Both the position numbers and the translations under genes were made by a program. The notes beneath the pieces were generated by a model. It saw nothing but the letters and a program-made list of their open reading frames with translations. It was not told where the DNA came from and ran no database searches. Of a DNA stretch of 32,000 nucleotides, positions 1 to 8,903 are shown piece after piece (the first letter of the stretch is position 1; every line of letters begins with the position of its first letter). Where the stretch lies: positions 3,000,001 through 3,032,000 of the forward strand of contig NZ_CP080507.1 in the NCBI RefSeq assembly GCF_019464535.1, in the 5' to 3' direction. The stretch comes from Horticoccus luteus (lineage in GTDB: Bacteria > Verrucomicrobiota > Verrucomicrobiia > Opitutales > Opitutaceae).

Positions 1-248
1 TGCGGATCGACGCCCAGAATGATGAGCGAGACGCTCGTCGCCAGCTTGTTGCCCCGCGCGTCGAGAATGTCGCCCCGCCGCGCATGCTCCACGATGATCT
101 GCCGCCGGGCCTTGTCCACATACCGCACCAGCTCGTCGCGATCGATGACGTGCAGATAAACCAGGCGCGCACCCAGACCCCCGAAACACGCGACCAGCCC
201 CAGCGCGAGCAAACCTAAGCGGTAATTGGATGCGAAGCCTCGCGACAT
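1..248 (-). CDS. ftsI: Peptidoglycan D,D-transpeptidase FtsI / PBP, N-terminal fragment; the gene runs off the window
   Basis: Reverse translation from ATG at 248-246 gives MSRGFASNYRLGLLALGLVACFGGLGARLVYLHVIDRDELV...RRGDILDARGNKLATS. This shows a TM anchor plus the RGxIxDRxGxxLA motif typical of the FtsI N-terminus. The position after ftsL in the dcw cluster fits. Confidence 0.75.
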   Translation of the reverse strand, partial: MSRGFASNYRLGLLALGLVACFGGLGARLVYLHVIDRDELVRYVDKARRQIIVEHARRGDILDARGNKLATSVSLIILGVDP

Positions 249-257
249 GGTCGGTTG

Positions 258-650
258 TCAGGGCGTGCCCGGGAGGCGGAAAACGACGGAGGCGCCCCCC
301 GTGTCGGAGAACAGCGTGCGGTTGCGCTTGGCCGCGAGGCGGAAGACGGGATCTTCGTTCACGCGCACAACGTTTTCTTCCCGCGGTTGCACCAGTCCGA
401 GACGCATCTCCACGTTGCGCCGCGCCAGCACGTCGGGCGACTTCTCGGCTTGGATCGTGGCGTTGGTCTCGTCGATGTGGCGGCGCACCTCGGCGATGCG
501 ACCTTCGATGTCGCGCGCCGCGTTGGCCGTCACGGAAATCTGATGACGCAGCCAGACGGTGCCGAGACCGACCGAGCCGGAGAAACAAATCATCACGAGC
601 GTATAGACCAGCATCTGGTTGACGAACGCACGGGTGTCTTGGGTGAACAT
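258..650 (-). CDS. ftsL: FtsL-like cell division protein (single TM followed by a coiled-coil-like region)
   Basis: 130-aa ORF with one hydrophobic segment (MLVYTLVMICFSGSVGLGTVWL). It sits between rsmH and ftsI with 9-12 nt gaps, the canonical dcw position. There is no strong sequence motif, so the call is positional. Confidence 0.55.
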   Translation of the reverse strand: MFTQDTRAFVNQMLVYTLVMICFSGSVGLGTVWLRHQISVTANAARDIEGRIAEVRRHIDETNATIQAEKSPDVLARRNVEMRLGLVQPREENVVRVNEDPVFRLAAKRNRTLFSDTGGASVVFRLPGTP

Positions 651-662
651 GGTCGGATGGGG

Positions 663-1583
663 TTACAGCTTGCGGAGCGCGCGCAGTTTCGCGGAGCGGC
701 TCCGGGGGTTCGCAGAAAGTTCGTCGTCGCTCGCGGTCCACGGCCGGCGAGTCAGAGGTTCCGCGCGCTTCACCCGCAAATCCTGCGGCGTGGCGTCATT
801 CTCGCTCTCGGGCTGGCCGCACCAGCGGCGAAACGCCTGCTTCACGATGCGATCCTCGAGCGAATGAAAACTGATCACGCACAGCACGCCGCCCGGCGCG
901 AGGCGCGCAAATGCCACCGGCAACGCGCGCTCGAGCGCGCCCAGCTCATCGTTCACGGCGATGCGGATGCCTTGGAAGGCGCGCGTCGCCGGATGAATCT
1001 TCGCGCCGAAGCGATCGCGCGCCGGAATCGCCTGGCTGATCACCTCCGCCAACGCCGCCGTGCGCGCCAAAGCACCTGTGCTCCGCGCCGCCACGATCGC
1101 CTGCACCACCCGCCGCCAATGCTTCTCTTCGCCGAAATCGCGCACCGCGCGCACGAGCATCTCGTTCGTCGCCGTCTCCAGCCACTGGCTCGCCGGCACG
1201 CCGCTGCGCGGATCCATGCGCATGTCCGCCGGCGCGTCATGACGAAACGCGAAGCCTCGCGCCGCTTCATCGAGTTGAAATGACGACACGCCGAGGTCGA
1301 ACAACACGCCATCCAGCGCGCCCGTCTCGATGTCGGCCAGTCGTCCAAAGTCCCGGTCCACCAGCTGAAACCGGGCGCCAAATTCTTCGCTCAGCGCCGC
1401 GGCCCGCGGCTGCGCCGCCGGATCGCGGTCGAGCGCGATCACCTGCACCTCCGCCGCCGCATCGAGCAACGCCCGCGTGTGCCCGCCGCCGCCAAACGTG
1501 CAGTCGAGGTACCGCCCGCCCGCGCGCGGCGCGAGCAACTGCAGCACCTCGTTGAGCAGCACAGGTTGATGGCCGGGCGTCAT
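663..1583 (-). CDS. rsmH: 16S rRNA (cytosine1402-N4)-methyltransferase RsmH (MraW)
   Basis: [17 protein letters not shown]...[16 protein letters not shown]...[10 protein letters not shown]...[12 protein letters not shown] are hallmark RsmH motifs. The start was chosen at internal ATG 1583 by comparison with the usual N-terminus. ATGs at 1616 and 1673 are alternatives. Confidence 0.9.
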   Translation of the reverse strand: MTPGHQPVLLNEVLQLLAPRAGGRYLDCTFGGGGHTRALLDAAAEVQVIALDRDPAAQPRAAALSEEFGARFQLVDRDFGRLADIETGALDGVLFDLGVSSFQLDEAARGFAFRHDAPADMRMDPRSGVPASQWLETATNEMLVRAVRDFGEEKHWRRVVQAIVAARSTGALARTAALAEVISQAIPARDRFGAKIHPATRAFQGIRIAVNDELGALERALPVAFARLAPGGVLCVISFHSLEDRIVKQAFRRWCGQPESENDATPQDLRVKRAEPLTRRPWTASDDELSANPRSRSAKLRALRKL

Positions 1584-1819
1584 GGTCGCCGAATGGGTTT
1601 CAACGCGCGCCTGCATCGTCGGCCCGCCGTTTTTCGCCGCGCCGTTTCGCGACGGAGCGCAACACCAGTCCATCCCTCACTCGTGGCGTCGCCACCGCCA
1701 AAGGCACCGGCATGAGGCGGTCCTCGCCCTCGATCCACGCGGGAAATCCCGCGGCATCGGCCCGCGTCTCTTTCGGCAGCAACCGGAGAGTCGTTTTGAC
1801 GTTCGCGCGTTGCATCGGA

Positions 1820-2272
1820 TCAAATCCCCAACCGGCGCATGATGTCGCCGAAGTTTTCGCCCGAAGTCCGCGCCTCGACCTTCTGCCAACGCGACGGCTC
1901 GTAGATGTTGAACTTCGTCAGTGAACCGACGAGCACCGCATCCTTCGAAATTCCCGCGTGCTGCAACAGCTCCGCGCTGACGCTCATCCGCCCTTGCTTG
2001 TCGAACCACAGCGACAGCGTCTGCGCGAAAAACCGCGCCACGAAGTCCTGCCCCGCCCCGTCGCTCAAGGCCAACGCCGCGATCTTGGCGCGCAGCTTCT
2101 CCACCTCCGCTGGCGGCAACACCGCTATGTAACCGTCCGGATGTGGCGTCGCCAGAAACGCGTCGTCTGCACCGTGCGCAAACCGCCACGCCGACGGAAT
2201 CGTGAGCCGATTCTTGTCGTCCAGCGTGTGCCGGAAAAGCCCGGTATAGAGCGGTGAGACGGATTGCGACAT
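1820..2272 (-). CDS. mraZ: Transcriptional regulator MraZ
   Basis: Duplicated DxxxR-type motif (LDDKNRLTIPSAWR and FDKQGRMSVSAELL), 150 aa, first gene of the dcw cluster. The start is set at ATG 2272 because the longer ORF (to 2308) would swallow the upstream TGGG operator repeats. Confidence 0.88.
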   Translation of the reverse strand: MSQSVSPLYTGLFRHTLDDKNRLTIPSAWRFAHGADDAFLATPHPDGYIAVLPPAEVEKLRAKIAALALSDGAGQDFVARFFAQTLSLWFDKQGRMSVSAELLQHAGISKDAVLVGSLTKFNIYEPSRWQKVEARTSGENFGDIMRRLGI

Positions 2273-2293
2273 GGGCGTTGGAGCGGTAACTGC

Positions 2294-2327
2294 CCCAAAG
2301 TGCCCCATTTCGTCCCAATTTTACCCA
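2294..2327 (-). promoter_or_regulatory. Putative MraZ operator: four direct TGGG boxes at exact 10-bp spacing upstream of mraZ
   Basis: The plus strand has CCCA at 2294-2297, 2304-2307, 2314-2317 and 2324-2327. The minus strand reads GTGGGTAAAATTGGGACGAAATGGGGCACTTTGGGGCAG. This matches the TGGGN direct-repeat, 5-nt-spacer architecture described for the E. coli MraZ operator. Confidence 0.5.
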
Positions 2328-2607
2328 CGTCCGTCAAGGTAAAGCGCATGGGAGAATCCCCTTTCTTGTTCACAAAATGTTGTGAATAACCCGTTCAGAG
2401 TTTCACGAGAGTCCGGCCGCGGCCCCCAGCGTGAGCGCGAGGGACGACCATCGACCCCGGAACGTCCTGTCTCCGAGCATGCGCCAGGCCGGCTTGCCAG
2501 GCCCGCCCAAGACTCCATCGCCCGCGGTCCGCGGTTCCGGCGCCAGCGCCCAACAACGTGTCGTGGGCGCTCCGGCCAACCTACGAAATCGGCGCGCCTT
2601 CCCCCAT

Positions 2608-4650
2608 TTAGGGCGCGGTCGTGTCGAGCAAACGCCGCAGCTCGGCTTCGTCGATCACGCGAATTTGCAGGGTTCGGGCTCGCTCCAACTTCGCCCCTGC
2701 TCCTTCGCCGGCCACCACGAAATCCGTTTTCTGGCTCACCGAGCTCGCGACGCGTCCGCCCGCCGCCGTTATCCGCGCCGCCGCTTCCTCGCGCGTCAGC
2801 GTCGGCAGCGTGCCGGTTAACACAAAGGTCTTTCCCGCGAGCACCCCCGCCCTCTCTGCGGGCGTCGCTATCGCCCGCTGCACCGGCATTACCCCGGCCG
2901 CCCGGAAATCCGCCAGCATCGCCCGGGTCTGCGGCGCGGCAAAGTAATCCGCCACCGCTTGCGCCGTCGCCGGCGCAAATCCGCGCGCCTCCAAATCCTC
3001 GGCGCTGGCCGCCGTCAACGCGCCCAGCGTCTCATAGGCCGCCCCGAGCCGTTGCGCCGTGGCCTGCCCGACCTGCGGGATGCCGAGGCCATGCACCAGC
3101 CGCCACAACTCCGCGCGCTTGCTCGCCTCGATCGCGGCCAGCAGTCGATCGGTCGACCGCTCCACATTTCCTCCCAACGTGAGCAAGTCCGCTCGTTGCA
3201 ACCGATACAGATCAGGAAACCGCCGCACCCAGCGGTGCGCCACCAAAGTCTCCACCATCGCCGGCCCCAGCCCGTCGATATTCATCGCCGCTTTCGACAC
3301 GAAATGCTCCACGCGCCGCCGCACTTGCACCGGACAATCGCCGTTCGGGCAACGCACGGCGGCTCCGTCCTCCACCACCTTCGTCCCGCACGCCGGACAC
3401 GTCTGCGGAAAAACAAACGTCGTGCTCGTCGCTGGCCGACGCCCAAGATTTATGCCCACAATCGCCGGAATGATCTCGCCCGCCTTTTCCAGATACACCG
3501 TGTCGCCGATTCGCAAATCCCGGCGCGCGATCTCGTCGCGATTGTGCAACGTGGCGCGCGCGACCCGCGAACCCGCAATCTCCACCGGTGCAAGTTCCGC
3601 GACAGGCGTCAGCACGCCGCTGCGTCCCACTTGGATCGTGATGCCGCGCAGAGTCGTTTCCACCCGCTCCGGCGCGTATTTGTAAGCAATCGCCCAGCGC
3701 GGCGCGCGGTCGGTCTCTCCGAGCTCACGCTGGCCCTTTACGTCATCCAGTTTCACCACGGCCCCGTCCGTCGGAAAAGCATACGCGCCGCGGACACGTC
3801 CCATGGCTGCGATCGCCGCCCAGATTTCATCGGCGCTCCGGCCCACGCTCACCTGTTCGACTCCGGGCAACGCCCAACTCCGGATCAAGGCATGCAATTC
3901 CTGTTGCGAGGCAGGTGCCGCCGACGCCGGTTCGACCGCGCCCCAACCGTAAAACACCACCGCCAGCCCCCGCGCCTTTACCTCCGCCGGATCCTGCTGC
4001 TTGATCGTGCCGGCCGCCACGTTGCGAGGATGGGCGAACGGCGTTTCGCCCGCCGCTTCGCGCTCGCGATTGATGCGCTCAAACTCCGCACGCGGCAGAT
4101 AGATTTCTCCCCGCAATTCGATCAGATCGGGAATCGGATTCCGCGTGCCATCCGCGGTCGCCCGACGCAATTCCCGCGGCAGATGCCGCAACGCGAGCGC
4201 GTTGGCCGTGATATCGTCGCCTTCGCGGCCATTCCCGCGCGTCACGGCGCGGACCAGCCGCCCGTGTTCATACGTCGCACTCACCGCGAGACCGTCGAAT
4301 TTCGGCTCAATCACGAATCCCAAATCATCGCGTCCCAGCGCCGCGCTCACCCGGGCGTGAAACGCCCGCACGTCCGCCGCAGAATACGTTTTATCCAGGC
4401 TCAGCATACGCACGCGATGGCGATATGTTTTAAATCCCGTCGCGCGATCGTCGCCGATGTCGCCCTTCGCCTCCGCCCACTGCGGAAACGCCCGCTCCCA
4501 GGCGGCGAGTGTCAGCTTTAATTGATCATATTCATAGTCGCTGATCTCCGGGGCCGCTTGTCCAAAATAAAGCTGATCGTGGTGCGCGATCTCCGCACGC
4601 AGACCTTCGATTCTCTGCCGCGCCTCTGTGGCGGTCGCGTGGGCGATCAT
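2608..4650 (-). CDS. ligA: NAD-dependent DNA ligase LigA
   Basis: Full-length match to LigA architecture: N-terminal Ia domain (ISDYEYDQL), adenylation motif EPKFDGLA, Zn finger CPACGTKVVEDGAAVRCPNGDCPVQ, HhH region and C-terminal BRCT (GKTFVLTGTLPTLTREEA). The start was chosen at ATG 4650 (MIAHATATEARQRIEGLRAEI). Upstream in-frame ATGs at 4737 and 4818 are possible. Confidence 0.93.
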   Translation of the reverse strand: MIAHATATEARQRIEGLRAEIAHHDQLYFGQAAPEISDYEYDQLKLTLAAWERAFPQWAEAKGDIGDDRATGFKTYRHRVRMLSLDKTYSAADVRAFHARVSAALGRDDLGFVIEPKFDGLAVSATYEHGRLVRAVTRGNGREGDDITANALALRHLPRELRRATADGTRNPIPDLIELRGEIYLPRAEFERINREREAAGETPFAHPRNVAAGTIKQQDPAEVKARGLAVVFYGWGAVEPASAAPASQQELHALIRSWALPGVEQVSVGRSADEIWAAIAAMGRVRGAYAFPTDGAVVKLDDVKGQRELGETDRAPRWAIAYKYAPERVETTLRGITIQVGRSGVLTPVAELAPVEIAGSRVARATLHNRDEIARRDLRIGDTVYLEKAGEIIPAIVGINLGRRPATSTTFVFPQTCPACGTKVVEDGAAVRCPNGDCPVQVRRRVEHFVSKAAMNIDGLGPAMVETLVAHRWVRRFPDLYRLQRADLLTLGGNVERSTDRLLAAIEASKRAELWRLVHGLGIPQVGQATAQRLGAAYETLGALTAASAEDLEARGFAPATAQAVADYFAAPQTRAMLADFRAAGVMPVQRAIATPAERAGVLAGKTFVLTGTLPTLTREEAAARITAAGGRVASSVSQKTDFVVAGEGAGAKLERARTLQIRVIDEAELRRLLDTTAP

Positions 4651-4826
4651 CGTCGGATCCGCCGCTTCTCTCGTCACCCCGGCCAGACTCATGCCGCCAC
4701 ATAATAACCAAAGCGCGAGCCGGGGTATGCTCTTCATAACGCGCTTATATTCTTTTAATTCCGACTGGAGCAACCTGTTTCTCCCGCGGTGGCACCACCG
4801 CTCTGACGTGCGGTCCATGGTGCCGC

Positions 4827-5261
4827 GTGAAGAAAAAACCTCAGCCGGTCGTGTCTGATACTTGGTTCGGCCGTTTTGCGCGCTGGACCGCGCGCGCCTC
4901 CGGCCGACCCGCAGCTTTCCTCGTCGCCGTTTTCGTCATCGCGGCCTGGGCGGTCACCGGCCCCATTTTTCACTACAGCGATACTTGGCAATTGGTTATA
5001 AACACCGGCACCACCATCGTGACCTTCCTCATGGTGTTTCTCATTCAACACACGCAAAACCGCGACGGTCAGGCCATCCAAATGAAGCTCGACGAGCTCA
5101 TTCGCGCGGTCAAAGGCGCCAAAAATACGCTGCTGAATCTCGAGGAATGCTCCGAGGAGGAAGTCGAGGAATTGCGCCAGCGTTACGCCAAACTCGCCGA
5201 GCAGGCGCGCCGCGGTAAAATCGGCCAGCCGCCGCCAGCCAAAGCCTCTCGCCCGGCATAA
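4827..5261 (+). CDS. Low-affinity iron permease family (Fet4-like, PF04120-type) small membrane protein
   Basis: Contains the family signature SDTWQLVINTGTTIVTFLMVFLIQHTQNRD followed by KLDELIRA. GTG start at 4827. Confidence 0.75.
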   Translation: MKKKPQPVVSDTWFGRFARWTARASGRPAAFLVAVFVIAAWAVTGPIFHYSDTWQLVINTGTTIVTFLMVFLIQHTQNRDGQAIQMKLDELIRAVKGAKNTLLNLEECSEEEVEELRQRYAKLAEQARRGKIGQPPPAKASRPA

Positions 5262-5384
5262 TGCCACCAGTCCGCGACGGCACGCGCGCCGTCGAGAGCG
5301 GGCGACGCTTCAACCACTCCGTCCGTGCCAGACGCCCCAGCTCGCGTCCCTCGGCTGAGGCGCGGGCACCGCGTGCGGTGCGCG

Positions 5385-6488
5385 TCAGGCATCGAGCACA
5401 TTCGGCGCCACGCCCGGCGGAAGCATGGCCGGACGCTCGCACGTGCTCGTGATCATCACGTGTTGATTGGCGTTCGAGGATTTTTCAAACGCCGCCATCA
5501 CCTCCACGACATGATGCGCCAGCTCGCCGCTTGCGCGATGCGGGCGGCCCGCGCGAATCGCGTAGGCCATGTCGGCGACGCCCGTCCCGCGCGCTCGTTC
5601 CACCGAGTGCGTCAATGGCATCTCAACGAACTCTTTTTCCCCCGCCTTCCGCACGCGAACCGGCCCGCCAAACGTGTTTGGATCCGGCACCTCCATCGTG
5701 CCTTTCGTGCCGTAAACCACGAGGCACGGGAGCGGATAAGGCGTTACATCAAAACTCATCACCATCGTCGCCGTGGCACCGTTGGCGAAATCGATCGCAC
5801 CCGTGATATGCGTCGGCGTTTGCACCGCGATTTTCTGCCCCGCCCGCTTTGCTTCCGTGATCGTGCGTTCGGGAAACGTGATCTTCGCCGAGCCGCTGAC
5901 CCGCTTGGCGGGACCGAGCAAATTTACCAGCGCCGTAATATAATATGGCCCCATGTCGAACATCGGTCCGCCGCCCTGCTGATAATAAAATTCCGGTGCC
6001 GGGTGCCACGACTCGTGCCCCGGACACATCATGAACGCCACCGCCGCCACCGGATCGCCGATCGCGCCTTCGTCCAGCAACTGGCGGCAGGTCTGGATCC
6101 CACCGCCCAGAAACGTATCGGGCGCACAACCGACGCGCCGGCCTTGCGCCGCCGCCACCTCGAGGACTCGCCGGCTGGATGTGGTGTCGAGCGCGAACGG
6201 CTTTTCCACATACGCGTGTTTGCCCGCGCGCAATACCTGCTCGTTCACCGGCGCGTGCGCCTGCGGCACGGTGAGATTGACGACGATCTCGACGGCCGGA
6301 TCCGCGAGCAACTCCGCCGGCGTGCACGCTTTCGCGATGCCGTGCTGTCGCGCCTTCGCCTGCGCGCGCGCCAGATCGAGATCCGCACACGCCACAATCT
6401 CGAGGATGTCGTAGGCCGCCGCGCCTTTGAAATACGCGTCGCTGATATTGCCGCAGCCGATGAGGCCGATTTTCACTTTGGAGAGCAT
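5385..6488 (-). CDS. Gfo/Idh/MocA family NAD(P)-dependent oxidoreductase
   Basis: N-terminal Rossmann motif KIGLIGCGNISDAY and the family EKP motif (HAYVEKPFAL). 367 aa. Confidence 0.85.
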   Translation of the reverse strand: MLSKVKIGLIGCGNISDAYFKGAAAYDILEIVACADLDLARAQAKARQHGIAKACTPAELLADPAVEIVVNLTVPQAHAPVNEQVLRAGKHAYVEKPFALDTTSSRRVLEVAAAQGRRVGCAPDTFLGGGIQTCRQLLDEGAIGDPVAAVAFMMCPGHESWHPAPEFYYQQGGGPMFDMGPYYITALVNLLGPAKRVSGSAKITFPERTITEAKRAGQKIAVQTPTHITGAIDFANGATATMVMSFDVTPYPLPCLVVYGTKGTMEVPDPNTFGGPVRVRKAGEKEFVEMPLTHSVERARGTGVADMAYAIRAGRPHRASGELAHHVVEVMAAFEKSSNANQHVMITSTCERPAMLPPGVAPNVLDA

Positions 6489-6593
6489 GAAGAAAGAGCG
6501 TGGCCGGCGAACTCGCCGACTCCGCGCGGCGACCGTGGACGGGCCGCCGCCCGTTGTAAATCCCGCGCGTGCCCCACCGCGCTTTTCTGCGCC

Positions 6594-7895
6594 CTACGCC
6601 GCGTTCGCCGGCGGTCCGCCGGCCACGCCCGTGATCACCCGCGCCCCGCGCTTGAATGTGAAATACGAAAACGTCCACTGGAGCAGCACCGACAGCTTGT
6701 TGCGAAAACCGATGAGGAACGTGATGTGCACCGCGAGCCAAGCCACCCACGCGGCGAATCCGCTGATGTGCACCTTGCCAAACTGGCCCACCGCTCGCGA
6801 CCGGCCGATCGTCGCAATCGACCCTTTGTCGAAATACGCGAACGCCTGCCGCCCCGCCGGCGAAAACTTTTCTCCGCGCAACTCCCGCACGATCAACTTC
6901 GCCACATGGCGGCCCGTCTGGATCGCCCCCTGCGCCACCCCCGGCACCGTCACGCCCTTTGCATCCACGAGCGACATCGCGTCACCAATCGCGAACACTT
7001 CCGGATGCCCCGGCACGCTGCAGTCCGGCAACACCTTCGCCCGCCCTCCCCGGTCCAATTCCACTCCCAGTTGTTTCGTGAGCGGCGACGCCGCGACGCC
7101 CGCGCCCCACACGATGTTGCGGGCCCGAATCGTCTCGCCCCCGGCCACCACTTCGCCGTCGCGAATCGCCTCGACGCGCGTGCCCGTGCGGATCTCGACG
7201 CCCAACGTTTTGAGCTGACGCTCCGCGCTCGCCGACAAATCCGGCGGAAATGCCGCCAGGAGCCGGGGACTGCCCTCGATCAGCAAAATGCGCGTCTTGC
7301 GCGGATCAATGTGATCGAAGTCCTTGCGCAACGCCCGGTGGGTGAGCTCGGCGAACGTCCCCGCCAACTCCACGCCCGTCGGTCCGCCGCCGATCACCAC
7401 GATCGTCATCATCTCGCGGCGCCGCGTTTCATCCGGCTCTGTCTCCGCACACTCAAACGACGTCAGAATCTTGCGCCGAATCGTGAGCGCGTCATCGAGC
7501 GATTTGAGTCCCGGCGCAAACTCCGCCCATTCATCGTGCCCGAAATAACTCGTATGCCCGCCGGCGGCGATCACGAGATAGTCGTAAATCAACTCGCCGC
7601 GAGCGTGCACCACCCGACGGTTCGCCAAGTCGAGTTCCGTCACTTCCGCCATCAACACCTCCAGATTCGGCCGCGAACCAAAGATCGCGCGCACCGGCTG
7701 CGCGATATCCACCGCCGACAGTCCCGCCGCCGCCACTTGATAAAGCAGCGGTTGAAAAACATGGTGGTTCTGCCGGTCGATGATCGTGATTCGCGCCAGG
7801 TTTGGCGGCATTTGCTGCACGAAATTCAGTCCGCCAAAGCCTGCGCCCACGACGACGATATGCGGCAATTTCCGTCCGCCGGGTGTAGTCTTCAT
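6594..7895 (-). CDS. ndh: Type II NADH dehydrogenase (NDH-2), FAD-dependent pyridine nucleotide-disulfide oxidoreductase
   Basis: Two dinucleotide-binding motifs (HIVVVGAGFGGL and IVVIGGGPTGVELAG), QPLLYQVA, GDA motif (FAIGDA) and a C-terminal amphipathic/membrane tail. The start is set at ATG 7895 (MKTTPGGRKLPHIVVVG). Confidence 0.85.
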   Translation of the reverse strand: MKTTPGGRKLPHIVVVGAGFGGLNFVQQMPPNLARITIIDRQNHHVFQPLLYQVAAAGLSAVDIAQPVRAIFGSRPNLEVLMAEVTELDLANRRVVHARGELIYDYLVIAAGGHTSYFGHDEWAEFAPGLKSLDDALTIRRKILTSFECAETEPDETRRREMMTIVVIGGGPTGVELAGTFAELTHRALRKDFDHIDPRKTRILLIEGSPRLLAAFPPDLSASAERQLKTLGVEIRTGTRVEAIRDGEVVAGGETIRARNIVWGAGVAASPLTKQLGVELDRGGRAKVLPDCSVPGHPEVFAIGDAMSLVDAKGVTVPGVAQGAIQTGRHVAKLIVRELRGEKFSPAGRQAFAYFDKGSIATIGRSRAVGQFGKVHISGFAAWVAWLAVHITFLIGFRNKLSVLLQWTFSYFTFKRGARVITGVAGGPPANAA

Positions 7896-7990
7896 TGGTG
7901 CGTAGCGTGATGCGCACCTGCACGATGGCAAACATCCGCGGCGACAAATTTGCTGTTCCGCCTCTCCGGCGAAACCCTTAACGCTTTCCC

Positions 7991-8299
7991 ATGCACGCTC
8001 CGACGAACATCCAACTCATCGGCCAGGAGGTCGCCATCGCCTGGAGCGACGGCGCCGAAACCTACTGCACCTTCGAACGCCTGCGCGCCGCTTCGCCCAG
8101 CGCCGAGACGCAAGGCGAACGCGACGTGCTCGGCCAGTTGCACGGCGGCGGCGGCAGCCGCCACTTCCCCGGCGTGCAAGTGCTCGCCTGGGAACGCGTG
8201 GGAAACTACGCGATTCGTTTCGATTTCAGCGACGGCCATCGCACCGGTCTCTACAGTTACGATTATCTTCGCCACGTCACCGCCGCCCCTTCCGCGTAA
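7991..8299 (+). CDS. DUF971 family protein (gamma-butyrobetaine hydroxylase-like N-terminal domain)
   Basis: About 100 aa with LRAASPSAE...W...GNYAIRFDFSDGHRTGLYSYDYL, the typical DUF971 pattern. Confidence 0.7.
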   Translation: MHAPTNIQLIGQEVAIAWSDGAETYCTFERLRAASPSAETQGERDVLGQLHGGGGSRHFPGVQVLAWERVGNYAIRFDFSDGHRTGLYSYDYLRHVTAAPSA

Positions 8300-8401
8300 C
8301 GGCTTCGCGAGCTCCGTCCGCGCGGGTCGCCGCTGCCGCCGCCACCTGCGTACTTTTTTCCTCTACTCACTCCCCGCTACTCGCTACTCGCTACTTTTCC
8401 T

Positions 8402-8863
8402 ATGAGCGCATCTGTCTTCCCGAGCCGCACCCAAACCGCCGAAATCGAACTCGGCACCACCCTGCAGCCGAAGTTCGGGCCCGATGGCCTGATCCCCTGC
8501 ATCACCACCGACCATCTCACGAATGAAGTGCTCATGTTCGCGTTCATGAATGCCGAAGCGCTCGCTCACACCATCCGCACGAAAAAAGCCACGTATTGGA
8601 GCCGTTCGCGCAACAAACTCTGGGTGAAAGGCGAAGAGTCCGGCCACGCGCAACTCGTGAAAGATCTTCTCGTCGACTGCGATCAGGACGTGGTTCTGCT
8701 CAAGGTCGAAAACGTCGGCGGAGCCGCGTGCCACAACGGCTACAAGTCCTGTTTCTACCGCAAACTCACTCCCGGCGCGGACGTCGATCAGGCCGCTTCG
8801 CTCACGCTCGAGTTTGCCGCCCGGCGCGTCTTCGATCCCGCCACGGTTTACAAAAAGAAATAA
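8402..8863 (+). CDS. hisI: Phosphoribosyl-AMP cyclohydrolase HisI (monofunctional)
   Basis: GLIPCITTD...VLMFAFMNAEAL...TYWSRSRNKLWVKGEESGH...VDCDQDVVLLKV...ACHNGYKSCFYR are canonical HisI motifs, including the metal-binding Cys residues. Confidence 0.9.
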   Translation: MSASVFPSRTQTAEIELGTTLQPKFGPDGLIPCITTDHLTNEVLMFAFMNAEALAHTIRTKKATYWSRSRNKLWVKGEESGHAQLVKDLLVDCDQDVVLLKVENVGGAACHNGYKSCFYRKLTPGADVDQAASLTLEFAARRVFDPATVYKKK

Positions 8864-8903
8864 CCGCCGCGCCCGCCGCCTCGGTCGTTTCGCCTCCGCC
8901 GCC

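Noticed and set aside
2545-2571. Perfect 8-bp GC-rich hairpin (AGCGCCCA, 11-nt loop, TGGGCGCT) about 37 nt downstream of the ligA stop, plus the CCGCGG-T-CCGCGG palindrome at 2522-2534.
   Set aside because: No U-tract follows on the ligA strand, so it does not meet intrinsic-terminator criteria. It may still be a stabilising or Rho-related structure, but I cannot support a feature call.
4651-4818. In-frame N-terminal extension of ligA containing a signal-peptide-like stretch (MKSIPRLALWLLCGGMSLAGV).
   Set aside because: LigA is cytoplasmic. The canonical LigA N-terminus aligns with ATG 4650, and there is no proper lipobox. It is most likely untranslated leader, though only N-terminal mapping could exclude it.
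5325-7910. 861-aa plus-strand ORF spanning two minus-strand genes. Similar very long antisense ORFs occur at 23873-26608, 19247-20929, 15478-16575, 17533-18600, 29178-30515, 30532-31770 and 2959-4521.
   Set aside because: They are Arg/Pro/His-rich and have no recognisable domains. Each lies exactly opposite a gene with strong family motifs. These are typical stop-codon-poor shadow frames of a high-GC genome.
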